The notes under the pieces are model-generated. The model made no database searches and had not been told where the DNA came from. It saw only the letters and a list, made by a program, of their open reading frames with translations. This document shows, piece by piece, positions 50,847 to 62,952 of a DNA stretch of 64,000 nucleotides. Every line of letters begins with the position of its first letter. The first letter of the stretch is position 1. The position numbers were made by a program, and so were the translations under genes. Source of the DNA: Pelomyxa schiedti (taxonomy: Eukaryota; Protista; Evosea); contig JAHLWZ010000841.1 of the NCBI GenBank assembly GCA_020536535.1, positions 18,197-82,196 of the forward strand, given 5' to 3'.

Positions 50847-51080
50847 GTGGCAGCCGGGTGATGTGGACATCACCCGATAAACCTAAGTTGATTTACAACA
50901 AACGGGAAACTTCCACAAGAGGCAATCAAAACAAAAACTTGGGAAACGGTCAAAAGTACCACCCTCCCGAGACGTTCGACGAAAGTCCTATCACCGTACG
51001 GGCAGAGATCCCAACGCTCCGGAGTCTGGGAAGCTCGAAGGCTGGCAGCGGGAGTCTGGGCCTCTGCGGTTGGTTTTTTT
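50847..51080 (+). ncRNA. Putative Pol III structured ncRNA (about 230 nt), telomerase RNA candidate
   Basis: DUSE at the U6-like distance; perfect 10-bp inverted repeat 50855-50876; candidate template TAAACCTAA; possible pseudoknot; long 3' stem (GCAGAG/CTCTGC); T7 terminator 51074-51080. Identity is inference. Confidence 0.55.
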
Positions 51081-52251
51081 GTTGTTGTTTTATTTTTCTT
51101 CAGGTGTTTTGTGTTTTTTGTGTGTGTTGTGTGTGAGACAGGGGGATGGATGGTTGCACTCCAGAACCCTCCTTCCTAACTCACAGCAGAAGGTTGGAAA
51201 GAGTCAATCCCTATGGTTATGTACATTTAAGGTTGGGAGTGGGAGTGAAAAAAAAAGAGCAGTCAAGAAAGCCTTTCATCCAGATGATAGTTACAAAGTA
51301 ACTGGAAAGGCTATATGCATTTATTGATCAGTGGGGGAGTCCATCCTAAATAAACCCCCTTTAGAACTAAGGATAAGTTCCTTTCTACACATGTCAGAAG
51401 TCAACATGCAAATCACAGCCAGTGCACTGCATGAGAAAATATTTCCAGATATGGCATTGGCCCAAAAAGATGGTTAGTATATAGACTGCAGGTCAATAAT
51501 GCAGTAGATAAATTGCACTTGCACCACAAAGGGGTGCTATGAGCAACTGCCTTTTACCAGCTGTTAAAAAATGGAGAGCAATTCCAAAGTCTCACCAGTG
51601 GCAATTCTGAAAATGGGATAGCCACAGCCACACTGGGAAACAAACAACACACACAACTAACCATGGTGTTGTGTGCTCGGCTTCATGTCGGTATTTTAAT
51701 TCACAGGGTAATATAGCCGCCAACCCTGGCTCTTGTGTCATAAAACCCCATGCACAAGTCAGGTTATAAAAAGTACTGGGTGCTGAGAGAGTTGAGGGGG
51801 CAGAGAAACAAGAGAGGAATTGAAGGCAATAAAAGCTTTTTCACAAACAATGGGAGGATGGCTCAATGACGTGTTGCTGTTGCTGTTGCTGCTTCTGCTG
51901 CCGCCGCCACGCCGGTGCTCTTGCCCACTGTTGTTGTGGTATGATTCATGGTGCCGCGTTTCATACCTTGTGTGTTCGCATTGTGAGTTGATGTTGTACT
52001 CATTTTGGCAGGCATTTTCGAGCGAGAGGTCAGAGTGGTGGTCGTGGTGCCCGCGGCTACGGTGACGATGATGCACCAATACCCAAGTTGTCCTCATTTG
52101 TGAGGCATGTGGGACTGGGGGATGTACTGTTGACTCACGGGGTCATCAGCCGTGGTGGCAACGGCGTAGCCGACAAAGGTACTCCACTCTCCAATAAAAA
52201 TTATGGGTGTGGGGCGGGGGCGGGGCGGGGGGTGCGCCGCGCCCATCGGTT

Positions 52252-52340
52252 GGCTGAATAAAATAATCAACAGACCGGAACGCTGTCATTTTCGTTGTCA
52301 TCGCTCAGGATCGGCGGTCTGGTGTTTTTTTTATTCAGCC
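52252..52340. mobile_element. 89-bp MITE, copy 2
   Basis: Same TIR GGCTGAATAAAA/TTTTATTCAGCC; GGTT direct repeats at 52248-52251 and 52341-52344; inverted relative to copy 1. Confidence 0.85.
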
Positions 52341-52347
52341 GGTTGGT

Positions 52348-52403
52348 GGCTGAACATAATCAACAGACCGGAACGCTGTACTTTTCGTTATCATCGCTCA
52401 GGA
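52348..52403. mobile_element. Truncated MITE, copy 3
   Basis: GGCTGAACATAATCAACAGACCGGAACGCTGTACTTTTCGTTATCATCGCTCAGGA matches one end and the internal part of copy 2; second TIR absent. Confidence 0.8.
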
Positions 52404-52528
52404 CGGCAAAAGAACAAATTAAAATTTTGGCTCTGCACGTAGAAAGCAGAGCCGAGAGAGTTGTAGTTTTTAAATGAAATCTATTTTAAATAGTGCCCGT
52501 AAGGTGTGGCTTGTATTGAGTGTGTTTG

Positions 52529-55500
52529 TTAGCAATTAGAGTTTTGTTGCTGTAGGATTTCAAGGGCTTGCAGGAGAGAAGACAGTTCTGTCTGAAAGGC
52601 TGCTATTTGTCGGTTCTTCTCGGTTATAACGGCCTCGTAGTGCTGCCAAGTTTCGGCTGTGTCTTGGCCGGCAAAGGTGGCCAATTCTAATGACCATTCC
52701 TCCTTGGGGAAGGATTAATCATGTGTGCTAAAACTGGAGAGGTGCACACCTTCAGTGATTGTAAGTGTGCAACTTCGGCCTTCTCTTCAGCGAGAGCCTG
52801 TTGCAGTTGCTGGTTTTGCTCTGTAGTTTTTTTTTGTTTTTGTTGGAGAAAAAAAAGAGGCAATTACCTGTTGCTATTTTACAGGAGGAATTGGCTTGAA
52901 TGAGAGCCTCCCTAAGCTCTTTGCACTCCGCGGATAATATGGATGAGTGTGATATGGAGGCTTGCAGTGCAACAGCTTGCTTCTTTAATTCCCGGTTTAT
53001 ATTTACATACTGCTGCTCGGCTTCTTTTAGCTTTGCCGATAATGCTGCAATGGAGTCTTGGAGACGTTCTACCTCGTCTGGATCTTTTGTTTTGGGTAAT
53101 TTATGTACATGAATTCCAAGAAAGATACCTTGTTCTGTACTACCAGCTGATTTAAGTATTTGTTTGCGGTGCTCTGCTTTGAGTTCTGCAATCTTGTCAT
53201 CTGGGGATATAACCTAACTTTTACTAATGCTTATGGAAATTTGTTATGGGTCTATAAGTACATGCTTCTTGCTGGGCCTGTCTTATAGCTTCGTTGGCCT
53301 TCTGCTGGGCAACAGTAACTGCCGATTCGCGTGCCTATTATGTATTAGAGGCAATCTTCATTGAAAAGGCTCACTTTTAGTTCACTTTTTAATTTTGTTA
53401 TTTCTTCAACTAATTCTTGATTTGGACCAGTGAAAGGTTGGGTAGTCTCAACCCTTGAATCACTAGAATATGTTATTGTTACTTGGTGAGGACAAATATA
53501 CATGGACAAATTTTCTGGAACTCGCTTGATAGTTGAAGCTGGTTCAGTTAAAGTCGAAAAATGGGTCTGGGTCCCTCTGGAACACATAGCCACTCGAGAT
53601 GAAGTGGGATTTGGTGGTGGGTGCATGTTTTGCACAGGTGCAGAATTTGCCTGGATTTGTTTCTGAAGAGCCTCCATCTTTACTCGGTAATAAGACTATT
53701 CAAAGACTCAAAAAAGCAAAAAAATGAGTGTAATACACACTCTCACCGAATTCAACTGGCCTTCCAACTCTGTCACTTTGGCCTTTGATGTCTCCAACTC
53801 GTGAAGTTGGGTGTTTAGTGTTCTTATCCTTAATAAGGTGTTACCGTTTCAAGTGTGGAAAATCAAAGGAAAAAAGGAGTTGAAGAACCTAAATTCATAT
53901 GAGTTTTTAACTTTGTCTTGCTCTAGTCGCAATGTCTTTAACTTCCTGTCAAACTCCAAATCCTTATTGGTCAACTTGTCTTTTAGCACTGCTGCCTCTT
54001 GGCGGAGTTTTAATATACACTCAGCATCCACCTGCAGTGAAGTGAATTTCATTAATTTAGCCATTTAGGGGCTTCTGATTACAGTGGCATTACGAGGAGT
54101 GATTGCTGACAATCTTGCTTGTCGTTTGATAGTTTCTTGATACTCTTTAATCTTGAGGTTTGAAAGTTGTAATTAAAATGGACCCTCCACTCAAGTTAAC
54201 CTGTGCTTCCATGTGTACAATTCTTTGGGATTGTGAAGAAATTGTGTGTGCATTATGGGCAATGGTTTCTTCATGGATAGAAATTTTTGATTTCAGAGTT
54301 TCTACTTCTTTCTGATGTTCTGCTTGTTGTTCTAAAGTAGATTCAATGCTACCACAAAAAAAAGACTCTATACCCTTGAGTTTAGCAAGTTCGTTTTCTC
54401 TTGGAGTGAATTCTGTTGTATTAGTATGTGAAACGCCTACAGCACTGAGCTGCCTTCTTAATTTAACAAGCTCTGCTCTGGAGGGGTTGGCTTGAATATA
54501 TAACTTTTTAATTTCTAACTGCAAACTCGTTGAAAGAGCTTTTGCTTCTTGCATTTCAGAGCGAGCTCGTGCTGCTGATGTCTGGGTTTCTTCCTCAGCA
54601 AGCTTCATTGACGCCACTTTTGTTAAGCTTGTCTCCTTATTTAGGCACAAGTAAGTAGGTGCCTGTGTTAATATTCCTACTTTCACTGTGTTCAGTTCGT
54701 TCTGCATTTTCTGTTTTTCCAGTTGGTGTTGTTCTGATACTGCACGTGCCTCTTCTTGCATTTCTTTCAATTTTACACATAGCCTCTCATTTTCCTTTTG
54801 GTACCTGAGTGTGTGAAATAGGGAAAACAAAGGAAAAACAGAACAGTACCCTGAAATTAGCTCCTCCTGCTTTGCCATCTCTGAAATGAGGTCGGAGTCC
54901 TGTCTATCCCTACACTATTAGTTGCTGGTAAAGGATTGTTGGGTACCTTGATGTGGTCTTCAGTGAGTTGGGGGCTGACAAAATAGAAACTGAAGAGAGC
55001 TGTTTGACAAAATGTTAGATAGCTTAACAACTGGGTAATCGAACTTTTTTAGTGCTGGTTTTTGGGAGTTCTGTTGTAACAGAAAGGTTTTTACTATCAC
55101 CTATCAATGAACTGCCTTTCTTTTGATAACCTTGGTAAAATTTAATTGTATCAAGAACATATAAGCTCACCCTCAAGAGAAAGAGATGTTGTCAGCGACT
55201 CCGCTAATTTGGGAATCCCAATATTTACATCTCCGCGATTTAACTTCCTAGTACCTTGAGCATCTTCTATATGAGTGCTCATTGGTGACTGTACAGGCTT
55301 TGAGATGAAGGAGTTATTATTTGGGCTCTCCAAGGAACTTATTGCTGGTGTGCAGCTGATTTTTGTTGGTCCGGTATTCGATGGAGAAGATTTGTTACTG
55401 GAGTCATTACTAGTCTTACTTGAAGGGTTCAAGGAAACATTGGGCAAGTGACTAGCTTTTACAGGAAAGTTTGGAGATGGAGGCAAAGACTCATTAGTTG

Positions 55501-56499
55501 CTTGTAAAGGGTCCAGTGTCTCCTCGTCACCTTTATCACTTGTCAAAAGAAGACATCTTTACAAGTAAGGAACCGGATGGAATTTTCGCATCAACAACAG
55601 TGAATACTTCCGTGGAAGTTAGGCCTAACAAAAGATTTCTTTTTAGGGGAAAAAAAAAAAAAAAAAGAAAGGGAAAAAGTGAGGTGGTGGGTGAAACGAT
55701 GACCTTCACCAAGTCCCACCAAGTCACTTGCATTCCCAGTCCCAGTGCCAGTCCCATGCCCATGCCCATTGTCATTTCCCACCTCATTGCTTGCCAATGG
55801 ACTGACCAATCCAAGCCCATCATCCTCCTGGTGCACATTGTTGACAGCAGCATCCCCATCACACCCGCCCCCGGCCTCGCCGTCTCCGTCGCCGCTGAAC
55901 TCGCCAGTGCCCAGCCCCCCAACCACCCCCACCCCTTCTCCCCCAAGGCTACCACCGTCGCCGTCGCCCTCGCCATCGCAATCGCCATCACCATCACCAC
56001 CACCCCCCGCGGGGCCACCTTCACCCCCTCCCTCTCCGTAGTCGGTGCTGCGGTTCTGCATGGACCCACTGCCCCCCAGCTGGTGGTGGTGGTGGTCGTC
56101 GCTGCCGAGGCCCGCGCCGCCGCCGCCTCCGCTGCCCCCCACGCCTCCATCTCCTCCCTCGTGCTCCCCGTCCGCCGCACCGCCTCCTGCCGCAGCCTCT
56201 TCCTCTCCGTCCCCGTCGCCTCCGTGCGAGTGGGAGTGGTGGGTGGCCTCCTCCTCGTCGTCGTCGTCGTCGTCGTAGTCACTCGCGTCACCCTCGGCCC
56301 TAGGCGGTGCCTGTTGTTGCTCGCGCTGCTGCTCCCCGTTGTTCACGCCCAGAGCCCCTGTAGAGGCCGTCGTGGATCCCTTGCCCGGCCGAGCAGACGA
56401 AGAGGAGGGTGCTTGGTTGCGGGCCAGCCACGTATTGAAGTCGCAAGACAGGTCGATCCCATCGAACACAGACTTGCGCCCGCTGGCGCCCCCGCTCAT
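52529..56499 (-). CDS. CEP162: Centrosomal protein CEP162-like coiled-coil protein
   Basis: AKQEELISG/YQKENERL motif and C-terminal QIAAFQTELSSLLQALEIL resemble CEP162; long coiled coils; G/D/E-rich first exon. Confidence 0.7.
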
Positions 56500-56540
56500 T
56501 TTTCCGTACCGTTGATTTGTTTGTTCTTCGTCCACCACGA

Positions 56541-58725
56541 ATGGCTTCCGAAACCGCTGCCCAAACCCTGCACGTTGCTCGGCTGGTGTGGGATCACGTC
56601 GTGGCCCCTGGGTGGCTTAGCACTACTCCACGTGGTGGTACATCCCATAAGGCGGAGGACGTGACCATGTTCGCGGCCGCCGAGGCAATGTTCCCACTAG
56701 TTGCCCTGGTGTGCAACAAGGTGATGGCGGAATACGTCGGAGGCGGCCGCACGTACCGCGCCCTGTCGACCGCTGCAATGGCGGGAAGTTCTTCGTGCAT
56801 TGCCTGGATCTTAAACCGCCATCACTCTCGTCGTAGAACTGGGGTGGGAGAGGGGGCCGACGTGGCTAGGGATGCCCATAATGTTGTCGTGAAGGAAGTT
56901 GCTGCGGTGCTGTTTGGGCTGTGCTCGTGTGGCCACTTGCAGATGGCAAGCCGGCTCCTTGGGAGTGGCATCGGCACCGAGTTAGAGGAGAGGGGAACTT
57001 TTCCGGAATTGTGGGACGGCCGGCGCGTCAGGTGGCGGGCAGCAGTCTCATCTTTCGGCGAAAACGCCGGTTCCCCTAATGACGTGGTTGCAACCAACCG
57101 GGGGGTAGAGGTAACAATGGTGGAACTACGGGAATACCTGAGGGCTTCATGTGGTAAGTATCTTACTCTGGTTGCGGCCATTCGCGCAGGAAATGTCGAT
57201 ATCGTGAGGTGGCTGTTGGACTCGGTTCTTATGATAGGGAGGAAAGATGCCCCGTGGGCACTATCTCGAGTCTTGACCTGGGCTGCTGCAAAGCGTGATT
57301 GCAAGATGGAAGCTCTGAGGTGGTTGATTGATGAATTTGGCTTAGCTGACAGGCTAGATTCGTCCACGGCACTATCTTTGGCGCTGTCTCTTGCCTCTGG
57401 GAACGAGCCTGACAATATCAAGTGGTTCCTACAGAAATTCCCGGGTGTCGTGGAGCACAGCGTTTTCTCGCAAGTGCTGATCAACAGGTATACTTCCGTA
57501 GAACTTTGTAAATGGATGCAAGCTGAGGGGCATGCCACCGACTACATGCGGGAGAGCACAGTGGAATCGATAAAGAACGCTGACGTTGCCATGTGGGTTA
57601 TGACTACTTTCTCAGTTGATTTATCTGCGGATACCTGCAATCAGCTCTGCGGAAGCATTGGCGATGTAGAACTCACCCAATGGCTCGTCACTAAGAAGGG
57701 TTTCACGCCGACACTGTCTTCATTCATATCTGCATGCTCAACACGGCGGGGCGACGCGTTACTTGCACTGTGGCTGGCGAGAAGAGTGAAACTCTCCCCA
57801 ATTGGGCTTCAGTTCTCTATGCAAGGCGCACTCAGTGTTGGGAACTTCGCAGTAGTAAACTGGTTGGAAGAAACATTTCACATGATGGAGCTGGTGAACG
57901 GTACACAGAATCTTGCTGGTAACGTTCTGGAGGGTCTGTGCACATCACAGGAGCAACTGCAGGGGTTGAAGTGGTTCACTCAGCGCCTCACACAGCCTTT
58001 CAATATAGGCAAGGCTGCAGTGTTTAACGCACTATCAAGAGCAGCTGCCAGCTTTTGTACGGATACAATCTTGTTCATTTTGGAGACTTTCACGGAATTC
58101 AAACACAAGATACAAAAAAACACGCCGCTGCTGGAAAGGCTGTTCCTGGCAATCACAACAACCGACCTCAAAAAAATCCAGCACCTGGTCGCTCTTACAG
58201 AGCCCTCGTTTCTCACTCCTCAGTTAGTATGTGGAGCTTGGAGGCACAGATGCCTTTCCAGCAAAGTTGTCAAATGGCTGACCACAACTTGCCCACTAGA
58301 GTCTGATGACATTAAGGATAGTCACAACTTGCTGTTTGCTAAATTGCTTCAACAAGATAAAAATGGATGCCTAGAGTGGCTCATTGACCGTTTTGGAATC
58401 ACACTGGATGATGTGTTTTTTCCCAATCCTTCCGATTGTAACTTACCACTTACACAATCAACAGTTCAAAGAAGTCTCTTCTCGCTCAGTGCTTACTACT
58501 GGGGACCCATTTTACATCACCTTTTCCTCATGGAAGTTGCTCGTGAGAAAGTTCCCAGGAATCAATGCTCCCCTAATCCGCTACCACTTGATGTCCATTG
58601 CCACCTCCTCACCATTCATTGCTTCTTTCACGATGGAGAAGTTTGGCATCACATTGGATGAAATCCGCAAACATTGGTCTCGCCGGTCTTGCTCGGACAT
58701 TATGCGATTGTGGCTTGCTCTCTAA
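56541..58725 (+). CDS. Degenerate ankyrin-like repeat protein of an expanded lineage-specific family
   Basis: Long ORF from ATG 56541 (ARLVWDHVV..MFPLVALVC, repeated GN..IVRWL / VVNWL / CLEWLIDRFGITLDD); probable intron 58413-58464 leads to the final exon ending at 58725. Confidence 0.7.
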
Positions 58726-58790
58726 GGTTCAATCAAATATGTACCAACAGTAAATTTGAAGAAAGCAAATGGGTAGAGTCATCTATTTCG

Positions 58791-60176
58791 TTAATCGATG
58801 TGGATAACAACTTTTACAACAGGCTTTCCGGTGTCATCCAGGCCACGTTTAGCAAGAGAGAATGCCTCGGTTGCTGTATCCATTCTATAGATGTGCGGGT
58901 GTATAAGACTGGAGACTTTGAGGGTTCCTGAGGAAATAAGCCTGATGCATGTGGGCCAGGTATTGCGGTAGCGGAATATGCCTTTGAGCACAACTTCCCT
59001 CACATTGCAGGTTGCAAGAAGCGGAACATTTGCGCTACCCTCACGGGTTCCTACACAGCACATAGTGCCTGCTGGCCGGCACATAAGCAGCCCGGCAGCG
59101 ATGGGTGTGCCCTTTCCTGTAGCGTCTATGCAACAGTCAAACGGGGTCTCCGCAGTTGTGCCCATGGAAGCTCGGATTTTTGACACCATATCTTCGGCGC
59201 TGTCACTTGGTTTCACAACCACAGGTATCCCGGAGCATACAGAGGCAGAGTAATTCGCTCGTGCAGCAATTGGGTCCACTACAACAATCTGGGCAGCTCC
59301 AAAAGCAGACCTCGCGCACAGAGCGCACAGCAGGCCAATAGGACCGCATCCCAGAACTAGTACTATGTTTCCAGGAGAGATACCTGCAGTCCTGCACCCA
59401 TGCATAGCAACGGAAACAGGTTCCACCATTGCCCCCTCATCAAAACTCATCGAGTCGGGTATCTTAAAGCATAACCTTGCTGGGTGAACAACGTACCTAA
59501 ACAGATGTCAAAATGGCAGAACAAAAAACAAAAAAAATTTTAAATTCTAAGCCAAGTCTACAATTGTCTACAGTGATAATAATAGCAAAATTAAACAAAA
59601 TGCATCAGAGGGAAAGAGGTATTCACACTTGCACAAGGCACCATCCACAGGGGGCGTCGCCCAAAACTGCACCTTTGGGCACAAGTTATACATCCCGCCG
59701 CGGCACTGGGCGCACTCCCCGCAAGTGACCCCAGGCTCCATGGCCACCCTGTCCCCAACCCTCAGGCCCCCCTCGCCCTCGCCCTCGCCCTGGCCCTGGC
59801 CGGGCCCGTCCCCGTCCCCGCCGATGGCCACCACTACCCCGGCGACCTCGTGCCCGACGATCATCTTGCCGCGCACCACGAAGTGGCCGATGCGGCCGGT
59901 GGCCCAGTACTCCACGTCGCTGCCGCACACGCCGACGCTGCGGACGGCCACCAGCACCTCGCCCCGCCTGGGCCGCGGCACCGCGCAGGGCTCCAGCGTC
60001 AGCAGGGGCTGCTGCCCCGGCCCTCTCTCGTGCGCGTACACCGCCCAGTTCTCTCGTGGAGTCTGGCTCTCCTGCGATACCGAAGTCGATGATGATGACG
60101 CTGTCGATGCGGGCGAGCCTCCCCCGAGTAGGTGTGTCCCTAGAACCGACACCCGAGTGATGGCAGTTGATGACAT
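58791..60176 (-). CDS. Zn-dependent sorbitol/xylitol dehydrogenase (MDR family)
   Basis: VGVCGSDV, GHE, GDRVAMEPG, structural Zn motif CGECAQCRGGMYNLC, ATPPVDG, GAMVEPVSV, GCGPIGL, GIFRY; one intron at about 59496-59628. Confidence 0.95.
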
Positions 60177-60422
60177 TTTTTCACTTGTGTTTACTTGAAC
60201 GGAAAAAATTGTTGAAGTTTTTGTTTAGTTTGATTAACGAAAAGACTCCCCCCCGTAGGTCTTCACGTTGTCCTTGCTCTCTGTTTGGATTATTAGGGAA
60301 GAATAATAGAGGGAAAGGTTACTTTTGTTTGCGGGATATGAAGAGTTGGGGGGGCACTTTTCTTTGGGGGACTGCGGCGCTTCTGTGGCATCTAAGGGAT
60401 TGATAAGTAACAGTTGTGATCT

Positions 60423-62225
60423 TTAAAAAACCTGTTTGTCACTCACAACTTCCTCAATCTCGATCCTGGCATCGGCTTCGGCTTGCTTGTACTTTCTGAG
60501 TTTCTTGTCCTTCTTCTTCTGTTTCTTTTCCTTCTTCCTTTGCTTCTTCTCCTTCTTCTTCTCCTTCTTCTTTGCTTTCTTGCCCTTTTTCCCTTTGCAC
60601 TTCTTTTTGGCCTTCTTCTTTGCCTTCTTTTTATCTTTTTTCTTCTGTTTCTTGCCTTCAGTGGCTAGGGAAGGTGTCTCTGTTGAATGCCTATGTAAAC
60701 ATAACGTGCTGGAGCCTACACTTTGACTCGAGGGTAATGATGACAGGTGCTTTGCTTGTATATTACACAGAAAATTTACAATTTTCGATATCATCGAACC
60801 CTTCTTTTCAAGTTAGCTCCAATGTGTACAAGTGTGCACATACACTTTGATCATGTGAAGAGCTTGTAGCAAGTCCTAAGGCGAAGCACAGCTGCTCTAA
60901 AGTGGTTTTGTTGTACCTCCCAAGATAGTACTTCTTTTTGTCCAGTGCCACCTGTATTATCACATGTTAATAAAACGTAACCAAGGTAGGGAAAAACCTC
61001 ATCCAAATGCCACCCGGAAAAATCTAAGATCCGGCTCGCAAGTTCTAAAGGCTGAACCAATGTAAAGTTTGGCTTTAGTGTTACGAGAATATATTTTGTT
61101 ACCGAGCAAGTTGTATCATATAGGAGTTGATGCAAGACTTCTAGGAGTGATGGATCTTCTTTTGTTACAGCACTAACTCGAAGAGCAACTACTGAACTGT
61201 GAGAAACAGGCACTAAAAGAAATATATAGACCTTCAGGAATATCCTTGAGTTGAAAATGTCCATCGTGTACTGCAAGAGAATCTCCATGACTGCTTCTTG
61301 AACAGCAACAAAGAGAAGATGTAGGAACTGTGTTCATGCAGCACGAACAAGTAGCAGTAACCAAGGGAGCCCTACCTGAGATAGGAATTGGAAATATTGT
61401 GTAGGAGAAGGATGGGTCACACAAGTCACAGACGAACATGAACCACACGAATTTGGCTTAGAGTGGGAATGCGCATTCAGCACACCAAGAATTCTTTCAA
61501 CAGCATCATTGCTGTATGTCAAAAAAATGAGGCAAAATATTGACTTTTCCAAAAAAGTGGGAAGGTACATTATTCCTGTAATGATTTCAGAGTGAACTCC
61601 AAGTCCAGAATAATGTTCTGTTTGATATGTTACTTGGTAGGAATAGATAAAACCTAGATACCAGTTGAAGTCAAGGCATTGAGAGGGAATGCAGACTGAT
61701 GGCAGCTACAGCAACCATGGCCAGGTCTGGCAGAATGTGCGGCACGGTGATGGTTTTGTGGGATTCCACACCAAAGGCAACCTTGATGACAACACAAAGA
61801 ACTATGATTGGCTACTATTTGTGTACCTAACTGCTTCTGGCTTTGGTGCCGCGCTAGTACTTGGGAGGGTTGCTGACGGGGGTCCTCAATTCCATTTACC
61901 ATCCCCTGAACCTCTCGTTGTTGTGGTTCCTTTCTACAGCCTTCGCCCTCCTCTCCATTTTCTTGTTCCGGCTCAAGCTCTTGCTCGTGCTCTTGGTCCT
62001 GCTCCTCGTCTTGCTCCTGACCTTGCTCTTCCTGTTCAGGCTCCTGCTCCTGCTCTTGTTCCTCTATGAAAGCTTGGTCCTCCTGGTCCAGCTCCAGCTC
62101 ACTCTCCCCCTCCTCATCCAGTCCCACGCTGTCTTCACTGACTATAGTTTCATCCTGGGCCTGCTCCTCGCCGACTCGCTCCGCACTATCCCCCCCATCA
62201 TCCTCTTCACCAGGGTTCCCCTCCT

Positions 62226-62293
<68 letters not shown>

Positions 62294-62823
62294 TCCTGTT
62301 CCTGTTCCTGTTCCTGCTCCTCTTCCTCTTCCTGTACCTCTTCCTGCTCCTCGCTCCTCTCTTCCACTGGCACTTCCCTCTCTTCTTCCCCTTCCTCCCC
62401 CCCCGCGTGATCACCAGTTAGCTCGTGCTCTTGCTCTTGCTCGTGCTCGTGCTCGTGTCCTTGGTCTTTCTGCTCCCCTTCCGGCAATACAGGCGCGTCG
62501 TCCCCGTGCTCCCCCCTGTCGCCGCCCTGCTGTCGTGCCGATAGCACTGGCGCCGGTCCCGCGGGGCCCCGTATTCGCCCGCCATCCGCCTCCGCGTCCA
62601 CTTCCGCGCCTGCCCTGCCGTCGCCGCGCCTCTCCCTCTGCCCGCGTGGCTGCTTCGCTGCCGCGGCCGACTGAGTGCAATCGGCCTCCCTGTCGGGGCG
62701 TGGGGGAGGTGGTTGTTGTTGCTGTTGACCGACAACGTCGTCCTCGGAGCTGCTCGCGCTGCTGGGGTCCTCAGAGCTGCTGTCGGTGCTCCTGTATACA
62801 CAACGTATCAACAAACAAATCAA
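60423..62823 (-). CDS. Hypothetical multi-exon protein with acidic EQ-repeat N-terminus and Lys-rich C-terminus
   Basis: 389-aa ORF with an (EQ)n tract, further exons, and a poly-K final exon; ends approximate. Confidence 0.5.
62227..62320. repeat. Hexamer microsatellite (CTCCTG/TTCCTG)n encoding (EQ)n on the minus strand
   Basis: Directly visible tandem hexamers. Confidence 0.9.
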
Positions 62824-62952
62824 CCTTTAGAGTATATACGAGTACTCATCGCTGATACGATTGCGTCTTCGCTGCATCCGTTTTCCTATTCCGTTGTTGC
62901 TCCTTTGATCGTCAAATCAAAAAAAAACTGTGCCGCAATAGATCTATTGCCG

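Noticed and set aside
50978-50987. GAC-GAAA-GTC / GAAAGTCC as a hammerhead or RNase P/MRP P4 motif, and an SRP reading of the 3' hairpin
   Set aside because: No CUGAUGA core, no complementary P4 3' strand near the end and no proper SRP helix-8 motif were found; not fully excluded without a covariance search.
52252-52403. Repeated units as a CRISPR array
   Set aside because: Eukaryotic context, no spacers, and TIR/TSD structure indicate a MITE.
62142-62414. RS-dipeptide ORF suggesting an SR splicing factor
   Set aside because: It is an alternative frame of the hexamer repeat and is closed by stops; the EQ frame is open for 389 aa.
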